Shown here: in pieces, positions 26,710 to 35,703 of the stretch
How positions within the stretch are numbered: the stretch's first letter is position 1
How the letters are laid out: each line of letters begins with the position of its first letter
Origin: Dehalococcoidia bacterium
Lineage (GTDB): Bacteria; Chloroflexota; Dehalococcoidia; Lucifugimonadales; UBA1123
DNA: 64,000 bases
Direction: 5' to 3'
Assembly: GCA_965202965.1 (NCBI GenBank)
Contig: OZ241888.1
Span: forward strand, 876,653 to 940,652
Position numbers and translations under genes: made by a program
Notes under the pieces: model-generated
What the model saw: only the letters and a program-made list of their open reading frames with translations
Told to the model about the DNA's origin: nothing
Databases searched by the model: none

Positions 26710-26722
26710 TTGCCAGTTGGGA

Positions 26723-27805
26723 TCAATCTCCGTCCGCCGCCGCGTCACTCGCCATCGAGGGCAGACCCACAACCGGCATGACTTCTTTGGCGAAGAGTTC
26801 CATGGAGCGCAGGACTTTCTTGTGGTCGAGGCCGCCCATGGCGAAGTTTGCGCCGAGATATTCGACGCCCGCGCGCTTGAGTTCTTCGATTCGAGAGATG
26901 CAGTAGTCCGGGTCGCCGATGATGGCTCGGTTCTCCAGGACGTAGTCCAGGGCGACGGGGGTTTCGGTGCGTGTGCGACGCCACTCCTCGATGTCGTGGT
27001 AAATCTCGCTCCCGCCGTCTTTGAACCAGTTGCGCCAGAAGAGCATATCGAGCACCCATTCGAGGTGGGCGGTGGTGTCGGCTATGGCCTGTTCGGTGGT
27101 CTCGGCGACGTACATATATCTGAAGAACGGGACTTCGGACGCTGGCCGGTTCAATCCCGCCCCTGTGGACTTGCTGACGAAGCGGCGCAACAGGTCGAGC
27201 GCGGGCGCAGTGTCCATGACGACGGCGATGCAAAGGTTGTGTCCCTTCGATATGCAGTAGTCGAGTGTCTCAGGTGTGCGAGTCGCGGCTATGTATATAG
27301 GAGGGTGTGGCTTCTGAAGCGGAGGAGGCGCGAGACTCACCTTGTTCATGCTGTAGAATTGGCCGTTGTGCGAAAATTCAGGGTTCGTCCAGAGTCCCTC
27401 GATGATATTGATACTCTCCTGGAAGTGTTCCTGGCTGGTAGCGGGATCAACGCCGAATCCACTGTATTCGTAGCCGTAAACACCCCTTCCGAAGCCCACG
27501 TCGAGGCGCCCGCCGCTTATCGCGTCCATAGTCGCGGTGTCCTCGGCGAGCCGTATCGGGTTGTGGAGCGTGGGTATCAGGACGCCAGTGCCCAGCCTGA
27601 TCTTCTCGGTGCGCCCGGCTATGTAGGCGGCTATGACCAGCGCGGAGGAGCCTACGCCGTAGCGCGTGAAGTGGTGCTCGGCAATCCAGGCGCTGCTGAA
27701 TCCGAGGTCTTCGGCGAGGCAGACCTCGTCCGCCGCGTTAGACAACAGCCTGGCGGCGTCAGTGTTCTGAGGCCAGGGGACGTGGGTGAAGAGGGCGTAT
27801 TTCAT
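26723..27805 (-). CDS. LLM-class flavin-dependent oxidoreductase
   Basis: MKYALFTHVPWP..., GFSSAWIAEHHF and ISGGRLDVGFGRG motifs. Confidence 0.85.
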   Translation of the reverse strand: MKYALFTHVPWPQNTDAARLLSNAADEVCLAEDLGFSSAWIAEHHFTRYGVGSSALVIAAYIAGRTEKIRLGTGVLIPTLHNPIRLAEDTATMDAISGGRLDVGFGRGVYGYEYSGFGVDPATSQEHFQESINIIEGLWTNPEFSHNGQFYSMNKVSLAPPPLQKPHPPIYIAATRTPETLDYCISKGHNLCIAVVMDTAPALDLLRRFVSKSTGAGLNRPASEVPFFRYMYVAETTEQAIADTTAHLEWVLDMLFWRNWFKDGGSEIYHDIEEWRRTRTETPVALDYVLENRAIIGDPDYCISRIEELKRAGVEYLGANFAMGGLDHKKVLRSMELFAKEVMPVVGLPSMASDAAADGD

Positions 27806-28449
27806 TGGCCGGCCTTTCGCTTTTGCGCGAATACAACGGGATGGCTCTCCGGCTCCGCTCCAACCGATTCGTCGAAGCCGCTCCCGGCAACTGACATTTC
27901 CAGAATATCGAAACCGATTTCAGTCAGATGTCGTTCATAGTCTTCCAGAGCGTAGCTGCTCCAGTACATGGTGGAACCGAAGAATTCGTCCAAGTATGTT
28001 TCTTCATCGTAGCGCGGCAGAAGGCAGAATAGGTAACCGCCCGCTCCCAGCCAGTTGTGAATTCGACGAAACAGGGCTTGATGCTCGCTTCTGGGCAAAT
28101 GAAATATCGAGTAGAAGGCGGTAACCGCATCGAACGTCAGAGGCTCGAAAGCGACTGACATAATATCGGCCCGGATAAACCTTCCCGCGGGAACGTTTGC
28201 CCTAGCGAGTTCGATCATGCTGTCCGAAATATCCACTCCCGTGACATCGAACCGCTCAGATAAGGCGCGCGCCACGGGAACTCCCGCGCCGCAGCCTATG
28301 TCGAGAACCGCCGCGCCGTCGTCCAGAACACCCAAAAGCGCGTCAAGCTCCCGACCGGCCTCGGACTTACGGGACTCGTGGTAGGCAGCGGCGCACTGGT
28401 CGTAGCCACTGCGCACGAGCGCCTTGTAGTTAGTGGCGACGGTATTCAA
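27802..28449 (-). CDS. Class I SAM-dependent methyltransferase
   Basis: Motif I VLDIGCGAGVP. The stop overlaps the downstream LLM start by 4 nt. Confidence 0.8.
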   Translation of the reverse strand: MNTVATNYKALVRSGYDQCAAAYHESRKSEAGRELDALLGVLDDGAAVLDIGCGAGVPVARALSERFDVTGVDISDSMIELARANVPAGRFIRADIMSVAFEPLTFDAVTAFYSIFHLPRSEHQALFRRIHNWLGAGGYLFCLLPRYDEETYLDEFFGSTMYWSSYALEDYERHLTEIGFDILEMSVAGSGFDESVGAEPESHPVVFAQKRKAGQ

Positions 28450-28450
28450 G

Positions 28451-29650
28451 CTAGATAACTTTCTGGGCTTTCAGAGAGTCGAGCGTGTCCGAGTCGGCGT
28501 CGAAGAATTCGGCGAACACCTCGGCGTTGTGTTGACCGAGCAGCGGGGCCGCTCTGAAGTCAACGGGTGAGTCGGACATCTTTACGGGACAGCCTGGCAG
28601 GGTGAATTCGCCCCGGTCGGCGTGGTTCACCGTGACTATCATCTCGCGCTGCCTGAGGTGTTCGTCTGCGTAGAGATCAACCGCGTTGAAGCACGCGCTG
28701 CATGGGATACCCTTCTCGCCGAGAATCTTCATCGCCTCGAACTTGGTGTGTCGCTGCGTCCATTCATCTATCAAGCCGTTGATCTCTGCGGTGACTTCGA
28801 TGGCCTGGTCGGGGTCGTCGAGTCGAGGGTCGTCATAAAGCTCCTCGTGGCCGATGGCTTCGACGAGGGCTTTCCACATCGGCTTGCGGGCAGGGGACGC
28901 TATCATGTACACGTAGTCGTCCGGACCGCCCGGGGCGCAGTGGAACGTTCCCACTCCCGGGCTTGATCTCAGGCTGTTGCCGGTGCGCTCAGGTGAGACG
29001 CGGCCCTGTTCCGCGCGAGCCATCCATGTGCGGCTCAGGTTGACGATTGCGTCCTGCATCGAGACCTCGATGACCTGTCCTCTGCCGGTGCGTTCGCGCT
29101 GCCAGAGCGCGGCGAGAATGCCGATAGCGGCGTGCATTCCGGTGGCTGAGTCCCCGGAAGTCGTGCCAGGGCGCATCGGGGGGCCGTCCGGCTCGCCGGT
29201 GGCGCAGAAGCCGCCGCCCGCCGCCTGCGCGACAGGGTCGAAGCTCTTGTACCGGCTGTACGGGCCGTAAGTCCCGAATCCCTTGACGCGGGCGAGGATG
29301 ATGCGCGGGTTGACCTCTGCCAGTACGTCGTATCCGAGTCCCAGCCGCTCCAGCGTACCCGGTGCCAGGTTCTCGGCCACTATATCCCCCTGCCTCACCA
29401 TATCGAAGAACATCTCTTTGCCCTTCGCTGACTTCAGGTTGAGGGTAACGCTTCGCTTGTTGGAGTTGTAGTGAATGAAGTAGGGGGAGTCTCCTTCTCC
29501 GCCGGCGACGCCGCGCCCGGGGTCTCCGACATTCGGCTGCTCGATCTTGATTACGTCCGCGCCAAGCCAGGCGAGCATCTGGGTGCAGGACGTGCCAGCC
29601 TCGAACTGAGTCAGGTCTATGATTCGGATGCCGTCGAGCGCTTTTTCCAT
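28451..29650 (-). CDS. Family III CoA-transferase (CaiB/BaiF; formyl-CoA transferase-like)
   Basis: LDGIRIIDLTQFEAGTSCTQMLAWLGADVIKIE is the typical N-terminus of the family. 399 aa. Confidence 0.9.
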   Translation of the reverse strand: MEKALDGIRIIDLTQFEAGTSCTQMLAWLGADVIKIEQPNVGDPGRGVAGGEGDSPYFIHYNSNKRSVTLNLKSAKGKEMFFDMVRQGDIVAENLAPGTLERLGLGYDVLAEVNPRIILARVKGFGTYGPYSRYKSFDPVAQAAGGGFCATGEPDGPPMRPGTTSGDSATGMHAAIGILAALWQRERTGRGQVIEVSMQDAIVNLSRTWMARAEQGRVSPERTGNSLRSSPGVGTFHCAPGGPDDYVYMIASPARKPMWKALVEAIGHEELYDDPRLDDPDQAIEVTAEINGLIDEWTQRHTKFEAMKILGEKGIPCSACFNAVDLYADEHLRQREMIVTVNHADRGEFTLPGCPVKMSDSPVDFRAAPLLGQHNAEVFAEFFDADSDTLDSLKAQKVI

Positions 29651-29809
29651 CTTCGACTCCTTCTAGGCGACTGGGCAGTCTAATATACTTATGCTAATCG
29701 GCTAGGTTTAACCTTGCTTTCAGAGTGTCTGTATTCTATCGTTGAGTCACTATCTATTGTGACGCAGTTTACAGTGCAGACGCATATTTGGGAATCAGGA
29801 AGTTTGACC

Positions 29810-31993
29810 ATGACTGGATTTCTGGCTCGTATCTGCGCAAAAAGGCCCTGGGTCACCGTCGGCGCCTGGATAGCGCTGGTGGTAATTGCCGGGCTTCTGA
29901 TACAGAGTCTTTTCGCAAGCGCGACGACCACGGAACTGGTCCTGTCCGGGAGCGCCGAGTCGGCGCGGGCGTCCCAACTGCTGGAGGACAGACTTCGCGG
30001 ACCCGAACCGCTGGTTGAGATTGTCATTGTTCAATCGGACTCTTTGACGGTGGATGACGCCGAGTTCCAGGCGAAAGTGGAGTCGGTTTTCCATGAGGTC
30101 ATGGCGCTTGGCAGTGAGAATGTAGTCTTTGGACGGAACTACTACCAGGAGAATGATGTAACCCTGGTGTCCGCCGACCGTCGGACTACAATCATGGAAA
30201 TCGTACTGGCGGGAACTTTCGATGAAGCGGCCGTAAATGTCGAACACGTCATAGATGTGGTCAAGGAAGCGGATGCGGCGGACGACTTCCGCGTTCTCGT
30301 CGGAGGAACAGCGAGCATATCGTTCGAGACCAACGAACTCAGCCAGCATGACCTGGAGCAGGGCGAGCGTTTCGGCCTCCCGGTTGCGCTGATCATCCTG
30401 CTGGTACTGTTCGGCACGGTGATCGCCGCGCTTCTACCCATAGGACTGGCCGTATTCGCCATCATCGTTGCGCTGGGTCTGGCTGCGGTTATCGGCCAGG
30501 CGTTCGAGCTGGTGTTTTTCGTAACGATGATGATTACGATGATAGGTCTCGCCGTCGGCATTGACTACTCGCTCTTGATCGTGTCCCGTTTCAGGGAGGA
30601 GATGAATAAAGGCCTGGACAAGCTGGAGGCAGTGGAGCGGGCCGGCGACGCCGCAGGCCGGACGGTGCTTTTCAGCGGCGTAACGGTCGTAATCGCACTT
30701 TGCGGGATGCTGATAGTGCCTGCCTCGTTCTTCCAGTCGCTGGCCGTTGGAGCGATTCTCGTCGTCATAGTCGCATTGGCCGCTACGCTGACGCTTCTGC
30801 CCGCTGTGCTCGCATTGCTCGGCACGGGCGTGAACCGGCTTAGGATTCCGTTCGTAGGCATGAGCAATCTTGAGAGCGCCGAGGTGAATAAGCAAGGATT
30901 CTGGGAGGCGACAACCCGGGTGGTAACCAGATATCCCGTAATAAGCATCCTCGTGATTGGCGTTCCGATGCTCGTGGTGACTTTCTTCTACTTCCAGATA
31001 GAGACCGGGCTCAACGGCGTTGATACATTCCCTGAGGGGGCTCAGACCAGAGAAGCCTTCTTCGTACTGGAAGAGGAGTTCTCGTTCGGTCTGGTCAATC
31101 CGACCGAGATAGTGATTGACGGGAACGTCAACGACCCACAGGTGCAGGGCGCTATCGCCAAGTTGCGGGAATCTCTGGGCAACGATCCGAGATTCCCCAT
31201 TCCGCCAGTGATGGTTCCCAACCCGTCCGGCGACCTCGCGCTTCTGACTCTCCCGATTCCCGGAGAGTCTCGAAGCAGGGCGAACGTTGACGCTGTCACG
31301 GACATTCGAGAGCAGCACATTCCCGCCGCTTTCGCCGGAGTCCGGGCAGACATTTACGTCGGAGGCGTGACCGCGATTGCCGCAGACCTCTTCGGTGTGG
31401 TTGACAGGTACACTCTGATTGTCTTCGCTTTCGTGCTGGGCTTCAGCTTCATCGTCCTTCTGCTGGTTTTCCGGTCAATCGTCATTCCGGTAAAGGCGGT
31501 CATCATGAACCTGCTTTCGGTCGGGACCGCGTATGGGCTTATGGTGCTGGTGTTCCAGAAGGGTATCGGAACTGACCTGTTGGGATTTCAGCACGCCGAG
31601 GTTATTGACGCATGGATTCCGCTGTTCCTGTTCACGATACTGTTCGGGCTTTCGATGGACTACCACGTGTTCCTGCTGAGCCGGATCCGTGAACGTTACG
31701 ACCAGACCGGAAGCAACGCCGAGGCGGTTTCCTATGGTCTGCGGTCCACGGCGGGAATCATCACGGGCGCGGCGCTGATTATGGTGGCGGTGTTCGGGGC
31801 GTTCGCGTCGGGAGAGACGATCATCAACCAGCAAGTCGGGTTCGGACTGGCGGTGGCTGTGCTTTTGGATGCGACGCTTGTGCGCTCGGTCTTGGTGCCG
31901 GCCAGCATGGAGGTGCTGGGCAGGGGTAACTGGTATCTGCCGTCGTGGCTGGAGTGGATGCCCGACTTGCGAGTGGAAGCTGTGGAGGAGTAG
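29810..31993 (+). CDS. MMPL-family (RND superfamily) membrane transporter
   Basis: Two repeats of a TM bundle with GIDYSLLIVSRFREE / SMDYHVFLLSRIRE motifs. The start is set at MTGFLARICAKRPWV. Confidence 0.85.
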   Translation: MTGFLARICAKRPWVTVGAWIALVVIAGLLIQSLFASATTTELVLSGSAESARASQLLEDRLRGPEPLVEIVIVQSDSLTVDDAEFQAKVESVFHEVMALGSENVVFGRNYYQENDVTLVSADRRTTIMEIVLAGTFDEAAVNVEHVIDVVKEADAADDFRVLVGGTASISFETNELSQHDLEQGERFGLPVALIILLVLFGTVIAALLPIGLAVFAIIVALGLAAVIGQAFELVFFVTMMITMIGLAVGIDYSLLIVSRFREEMNKGLDKLEAVERAGDAAGRTVLFSGVTVVIALCGMLIVPASFFQSLAVGAILVVIVALAATLTLLPAVLALLGTGVNRLRIPFVGMSNLESAEVNKQGFWEATTRVVTRYPVISILVIGVPMLVVTFFYFQIETGLNGVDTFPEGAQTREAFFVLEEEFSFGLVNPTEIVIDGNVNDPQVQGAIAKLRESLGNDPRFPIPPVMVPNPSGDLALLTLPIPGESRSRANVDAVTDIREQHIPAAFAGVRADIYVGGVTAIAADLFGVVDRYTLIVFAFVLGFSFIVLLLVFRSIVIPVKAVIMNLLSVGTAYGLMVLVFQKGIGTDLLGFQHAEVIDAWIPLFLFTILFGLSMDYHVFLLSRIRERYDQTGSNAEAVSYGLRSTAGIITGAALIMVAVFGAFASGETIINQQVGFGLAVAVLLDATLVRSVLVPASMEVLGRGNWYLPSWLEWMPDLRVEAVEE

Positions 31994-32041
31994 TTTCGTA
32001 TCACCGTGCATAGTGGGTAGGAGAATCCTGAGACTGCGACA

Positions 32042-33214
32042 ATGAAGATACCATCAGACTATATCGAGGGTTACGAGACGGCGCGCCCGCTCGACCCGGA
32101 GATGGCATCTAACTACGTCGCTCACACGACAATAGCTGATCCCGAAGCCGATTACGTGGTCGAACGCCTTTCGTCTCTGCGACCGGAAGAGTCCTGGCCC
32201 CTCATCGAGGCCGGAATGAACAACGACGAGGACGCGCTGCGGGATGCTCCGTCCTACCTGCATGACTTCTTCAAAGGGATAGAAGACCCGCCGGACTGGG
32301 TTGACTTTTCAGCGCATATCCCCGGAATCCGTATGTTCCATAGGAATTCCCAGCTCGTCCTGGGCGCGTTCGTCGGTGGAGTTCTGGTAGAGGGTTTCTC
32401 TACGAATATCGGCAAGTCCTTCTACATCACCGGACGATTGCGGGACCAGGGCGTCAGAAGACTGAAACAGAACAACCGCCACATGGTCGAGATATTCATG
32501 CCCGGCGGACTGGAAAGGGACGGCGACGGCTGGAAGTTGTCTGTAAGGATCCGGCTGATCCACGCGCAGGTCAGACATCTTCTGAACAACTCGTCCGAGT
32601 GGGAGGAGGAGGAATGGGGAGTACCTCTTAGCTCGGCGCATATGGGATTCGCCATCTCAGCATTCTCGGCAAGGCTGATCAAACACCTGAAGAGCCTGGG
32701 AGCCGTGTTCGATGACGAGGAGCGCGAGGCCTTCATGCAGATCTGGCGCTACTCCGGCTATCTGATGGGCATTCCTGAGACCATCCTGTATGAGGATGAG
32801 GAGCACGCGCTGAGGATATTCGAGATTGGCGGGATATGCGAGCCTCCCGCGTCGCTGGAGTCAATCGTCATGGCTAATGCGCTTGTCAACTCCGCCCCGC
32901 TCGTCATAGGGATAGAAGATCCGGAAGAACGCAGCAACCTGTCAGGGTATGTTTATAAGGTCTCGCGTGCGCTCATTGGAGACGAGCTTGCCGACGAGTT
33001 GATGTACCCCAAGAGTTCGTCGTTCGGGGTACTGCCGCTGTTCAGGATGCAGTCCCGTTACTCTGCTATTCTGTCCAGGATCTTGCCCAAGCGCGCCCAG
33101 GGCGAGAACTTTGCAAGATTCACCTCGCTGCTGGAAGCTTCGATGTTCGACGAGGCGGGCATCAATTACAGGCTGCCCGATCATATCTATGCCGAAAGGT
33201 CCAGCAGGTGGTGA
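32042..33214 (+). CDS. DUF2236 (MpaB/rubber-oxygenase-like) family protein
   Basis: 390 aa. The RLIHAQVRHLL motif and overall layout are typical of DUF2236 oxygenase-like proteins. Confidence 0.6.
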   Translation: MKIPSDYIEGYETARPLDPEMASNYVAHTTIADPEADYVVERLSSLRPEESWPLIEAGMNNDEDALRDAPSYLHDFFKGIEDPPDWVDFSAHIPGIRMFHRNSQLVLGAFVGGVLVEGFSTNIGKSFYITGRLRDQGVRRLKQNNRHMVEIFMPGGLERDGDGWKLSVRIRLIHAQVRHLLNNSSEWEEEEWGVPLSSAHMGFAISAFSARLIKHLKSLGAVFDDEEREAFMQIWRYSGYLMGIPETILYEDEEHALRIFEIGGICEPPASLESIVMANALVNSAPLVIGIEDPEERSNLSGYVYKVSRALIGDELADELMYPKSSSFGVLPLFRMQSRYSAILSRILPKRAQGENFARFTSLLEASMFDEAGINYRLPDHIYAERSSRW

Positions 33215-33412
33215 ACCCGGTACACGCAGGCTATTAGACGCTACTCTCTAAGCAGTTCAGTCAGCCTCCTGCCCACCCAGGCTCACACCTATCGGCCTGG
33301 ACTCGGTCACGTCCCGAGCCAAGCTGACGTCCGCCGTAACGACTACCCGCCAGGAGAAGGCGGGCCTCGCCATACTCCGGGCGTATGGCAGAGGTTCTTT
33401 TATAGAAAAACT

Positions 33413-33443
33413 GGACACCACACCCGCTAAGGGCGTGGTGTCC
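33413..33443 (-). terminator. Rho-independent terminator candidate (downstream of the cassette-1 DUF1501 gene; may act bidirectionally)
   Basis: Stem ggacaccacaccc/gggcgtggtgtcc with loop gctaa. On the minus strand it is followed by cagtttttct. Confidence 0.55.
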
Positions 33444-33472
33444 GACTAATCCGATTTCTGTCGCTTGCGGCC

Positions 33473-34606
33473 CTACTTCGCTACGAAGTCGAACTGCTCG
33501 AAGTTGCCGTTGGTGATGGAAACGGGGTCCAATCCAAGCCAGCGGTCGAGGATGGTCGAGTAGGTGATGCGGAAGTCGTTGCTGAAGTGCATGTCGCCTT
33601 CAAGCTGGTCCTCGTCGCGCAGGGACGGGAAGTCGCCGTAGAAGCCGCCGTTCACGTCGCCGCCTACCACGAACGCTACTCCGCCCGAACCGTGGTCGGT
33701 GCCCGCGCCGTTGTCCCGGATGCGCCGCCCGAACTCGGAGAACATCAGCACTACTGTGTCCTTGTCCTTGCCGTGCTCCTTCAGGTCGTCCATGAAGTCC
33801 GCGACCGCTGTGGAGACGTCGTTCCAAAGCTTGGCGTGCGCCGCAAGCTCGTTCGCGTGGGTGTCGAAGCTGCCGTGCTGAGTGTAGAAGATGCGCGTGC
33901 CGACGTCGGCGAACATCACCTGGGCTATGTTCTTCATATTCTCCGCGATGGGGTTGTCCGCGTACTCGACGCTGGACGAGTAGGCCGCCGGAGCGGTCCT
34001 CAGAATGTCCGCGCCCTTGAGGGCGTCCATGCCCACCTGGCTAATGAACTGCGAGATGGTGTCCTTGCCTGATCCGCCGTAAATCTGCGAGAAGGCTTCC
34101 AGCGCCAGCGCTCGGGCGCGCTCGTCCTTGATGTCCGGCATCAGGCCGTAGGTGTCCAGGTTGCCTACCGATGCGACCGGCACGTCTTTCGCGTACATGG
34201 CGCGGGGCAGACCCCTCCCGAAGTTGACACCGGTGACGACGTTCTCGCCCTTCGGGTCCAGGTCGCGTACCGCCTGTCCGAGCCAGCCCTCGGGAGCGAT
34301 GTCGTTCGGTTCCGCCGTGTGCCACACATCCATAGAGCGGAAGTGCGACCTGTTCGGGCTGGGGTAGCCTATGCCGTTTATGACGGCCACCTTGCCCTCG
34401 TCCCACAGCGACTTGATCGGCCCCATGGCAGGATTCAGACCCAGCTTATCGTCCAGGTGAAGGACTTCATTCTCGGGTATGCCGAGATACTGACGGTTGT
34501 CGTAGTAGTTCTGGTCCGCGTAGGGAATCACAGTGTTCAGTGCGTCGTTGCCGCCGCTGAGCTGCAAGACCACCACGTTCTTGTTCCCGTTGCCGTTCGC
34601 TCCCAT
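33473..34606 (-). CDS. DUF1501 (sulfatase/alkaline-phosphatase-like) protein, cassette 1; no Tat/Sec signal
   Basis: VVVLQLSGGNDALNTVIPY, GYPSPNRSHFRSMDVWHTA and GTDHGSGG motifs. An AAGGAGAGG RBS is present. Confidence 0.85.
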   Translation of the reverse strand: MGANGNGNKNVVVLQLSGGNDALNTVIPYADQNYYDNRQYLGIPENEVLHLDDKLGLNPAMGPIKSLWDEGKVAVINGIGYPSPNRSHFRSMDVWHTAEPNDIAPEGWLGQAVRDLDPKGENVVTGVNFGRGLPRAMYAKDVPVASVGNLDTYGLMPDIKDERARALALEAFSQIYGGSGKDTISQFISQVGMDALKGADILRTAPAAYSSSVEYADNPIAENMKNIAQVMFADVGTRIFYTQHGSFDTHANELAAHAKLWNDVSTAVADFMDDLKEHGKDKDTVVLMFSEFGRRIRDNGAGTDHGSGGVAFVVGGDVNGGFYGDFPSLRDEDQLEGDMHFSNDFRITYSTILDRWLGLDPVSITNGNFEQFDFVAK

Positions 34607-34667
34607 GGCGCCTCTCCTTGGTTGGTTTTTAGTTCTCAGTAATTAATTTTCAAGGGTATTGTATCAT

Positions 34668-35693
34668 CTATTCGCCGCTTCTGTTGTAGATCTGGACTCG
34701 GTGGCGGTTGCTCTCGGTCACGTACATCCGTCCCTCGGAATCGAGCTTTACCGACGTCGGCGCCCAGAAATATTTCTCGATATGAGATGATACTTCGTGC
34801 GGGTCGTCGTTGAAGAACTCTATCTCAGGTTCCATATTGGCTCGTGATCGCGCTGCCGCCTCCTCCAGATTGATGGACAGGAATGCCTCCGCCCACTTGG
34901 AGTCGGTCGCCTCGCCGCGCAGCGTCTGGACATGGCCGCCGTCCGCGTCGAAAATCACGATGCGCTCGTTGCCCCAGTCCGCGACATAGACCATCCCTGC
35001 TTCGTCAACCGCGACCGCCGACGGCCTGTAAAGCTCGCCCTCGCCCCGTCCGCTGCTTCCAAACGAGCGGACGAATTCGCCGTCCAGAGTCAATTTCTGG
35101 ACACGGTCGTTGCCCCAGTCCGCGACATACAGATGGTCGTCCGGCCCGACCGTCAGTCCCCATGGAAGCTCGAACTGGGAATCGCCTTCCCCATGCGAGC
35201 CGAACGAAGAGACGAACGCGCCGCCGCTGGTGAACACCTGGATTCTGTGGTTGTGCTGGTCCGCGACGTAGAGCCTGTCTTCGCCGTCCAGCGCGAGGCC
35301 GGCGGGTCCGTCGAAATTGCCGGGCGCGCTGCCCGTCTCGCCCCAGTGCCTCAGCAGGTTGCCCTCCGTGTCGAACACGTTGATCACGTTCAGGTCTTCG
35401 TCGCTTATGTAGATGTTCTCCTGGCTGTCCTGCGTAATGGCTACCGGCCAGATGAAGTGTCCCGGCTCCTCGCCGAACGACGCGAACGTGCCGTAATACT
35501 CGCTGTCTATGTCGTAGATGGTCACCCGCACGCCGCGAGTGTCCCCCTCCAGCGACCGGCTTATCGTGTACAACTTGCCGTCCTTCCCGATCAGGGTGTC
35601 CACCGGGTAGTAGAACCCGCGGCCCTCCATGGTGGAAAGCCCGATGGTGTGGCTGTATTCCAGCCTTCCGGTTCCGATTTCGAGTGTGGTCAT
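34668..35693 (-). CDS. NHL-repeat six-bladed beta-propeller protein, cassette 1
   Basis: Repeated G.F..P.G.A.D..G..YVAD..N.R.Q.F units, e.g. LYVADQHNHRIQVF, LYVADWGNDRVQKL, VYVADWGNERIVIF. 341 aa, no signal peptide. Confidence 0.85.
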   Translation of the reverse strand: MTTLEIGTGRLEYSHTIGLSTMEGRGFYYPVDTLIGKDGKLYTISRSLEGDTRGVRVTIYDIDSEYYGTFASFGEEPGHFIWPVAITQDSQENIYISDEDLNVINVFDTEGNLLRHWGETGSAPGNFDGPAGLALDGEDRLYVADQHNHRIQVFTSGGAFVSSFGSHGEGDSQFELPWGLTVGPDDHLYVADWGNDRVQKLTLDGEFVRSFGSSGRGEGELYRPSAVAVDEAGMVYVADWGNERIVIFDADGGHVQTLRGEATDSKWAEAFLSINLEEAAARSRANMEPEIEFFNDDPHEVSSHIEKYFWAPTSVKLDSEGRMYVTESNRHRVQIYNRSGE

Positions 35694-35703
35694 TGGATCT
35701 CTC

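Noticed and set aside
26717-27940. 407-aa plus-strand ORF, and 26047-26772 minus-strand 241-aa ORF
   Set aside because: Both overlap genes with convincing homology (an LLM oxidoreductase and the SNase nuclease) on the opposite strand. They run through a family-A repeat and their composition is Arg/Pro/Gly-rich.
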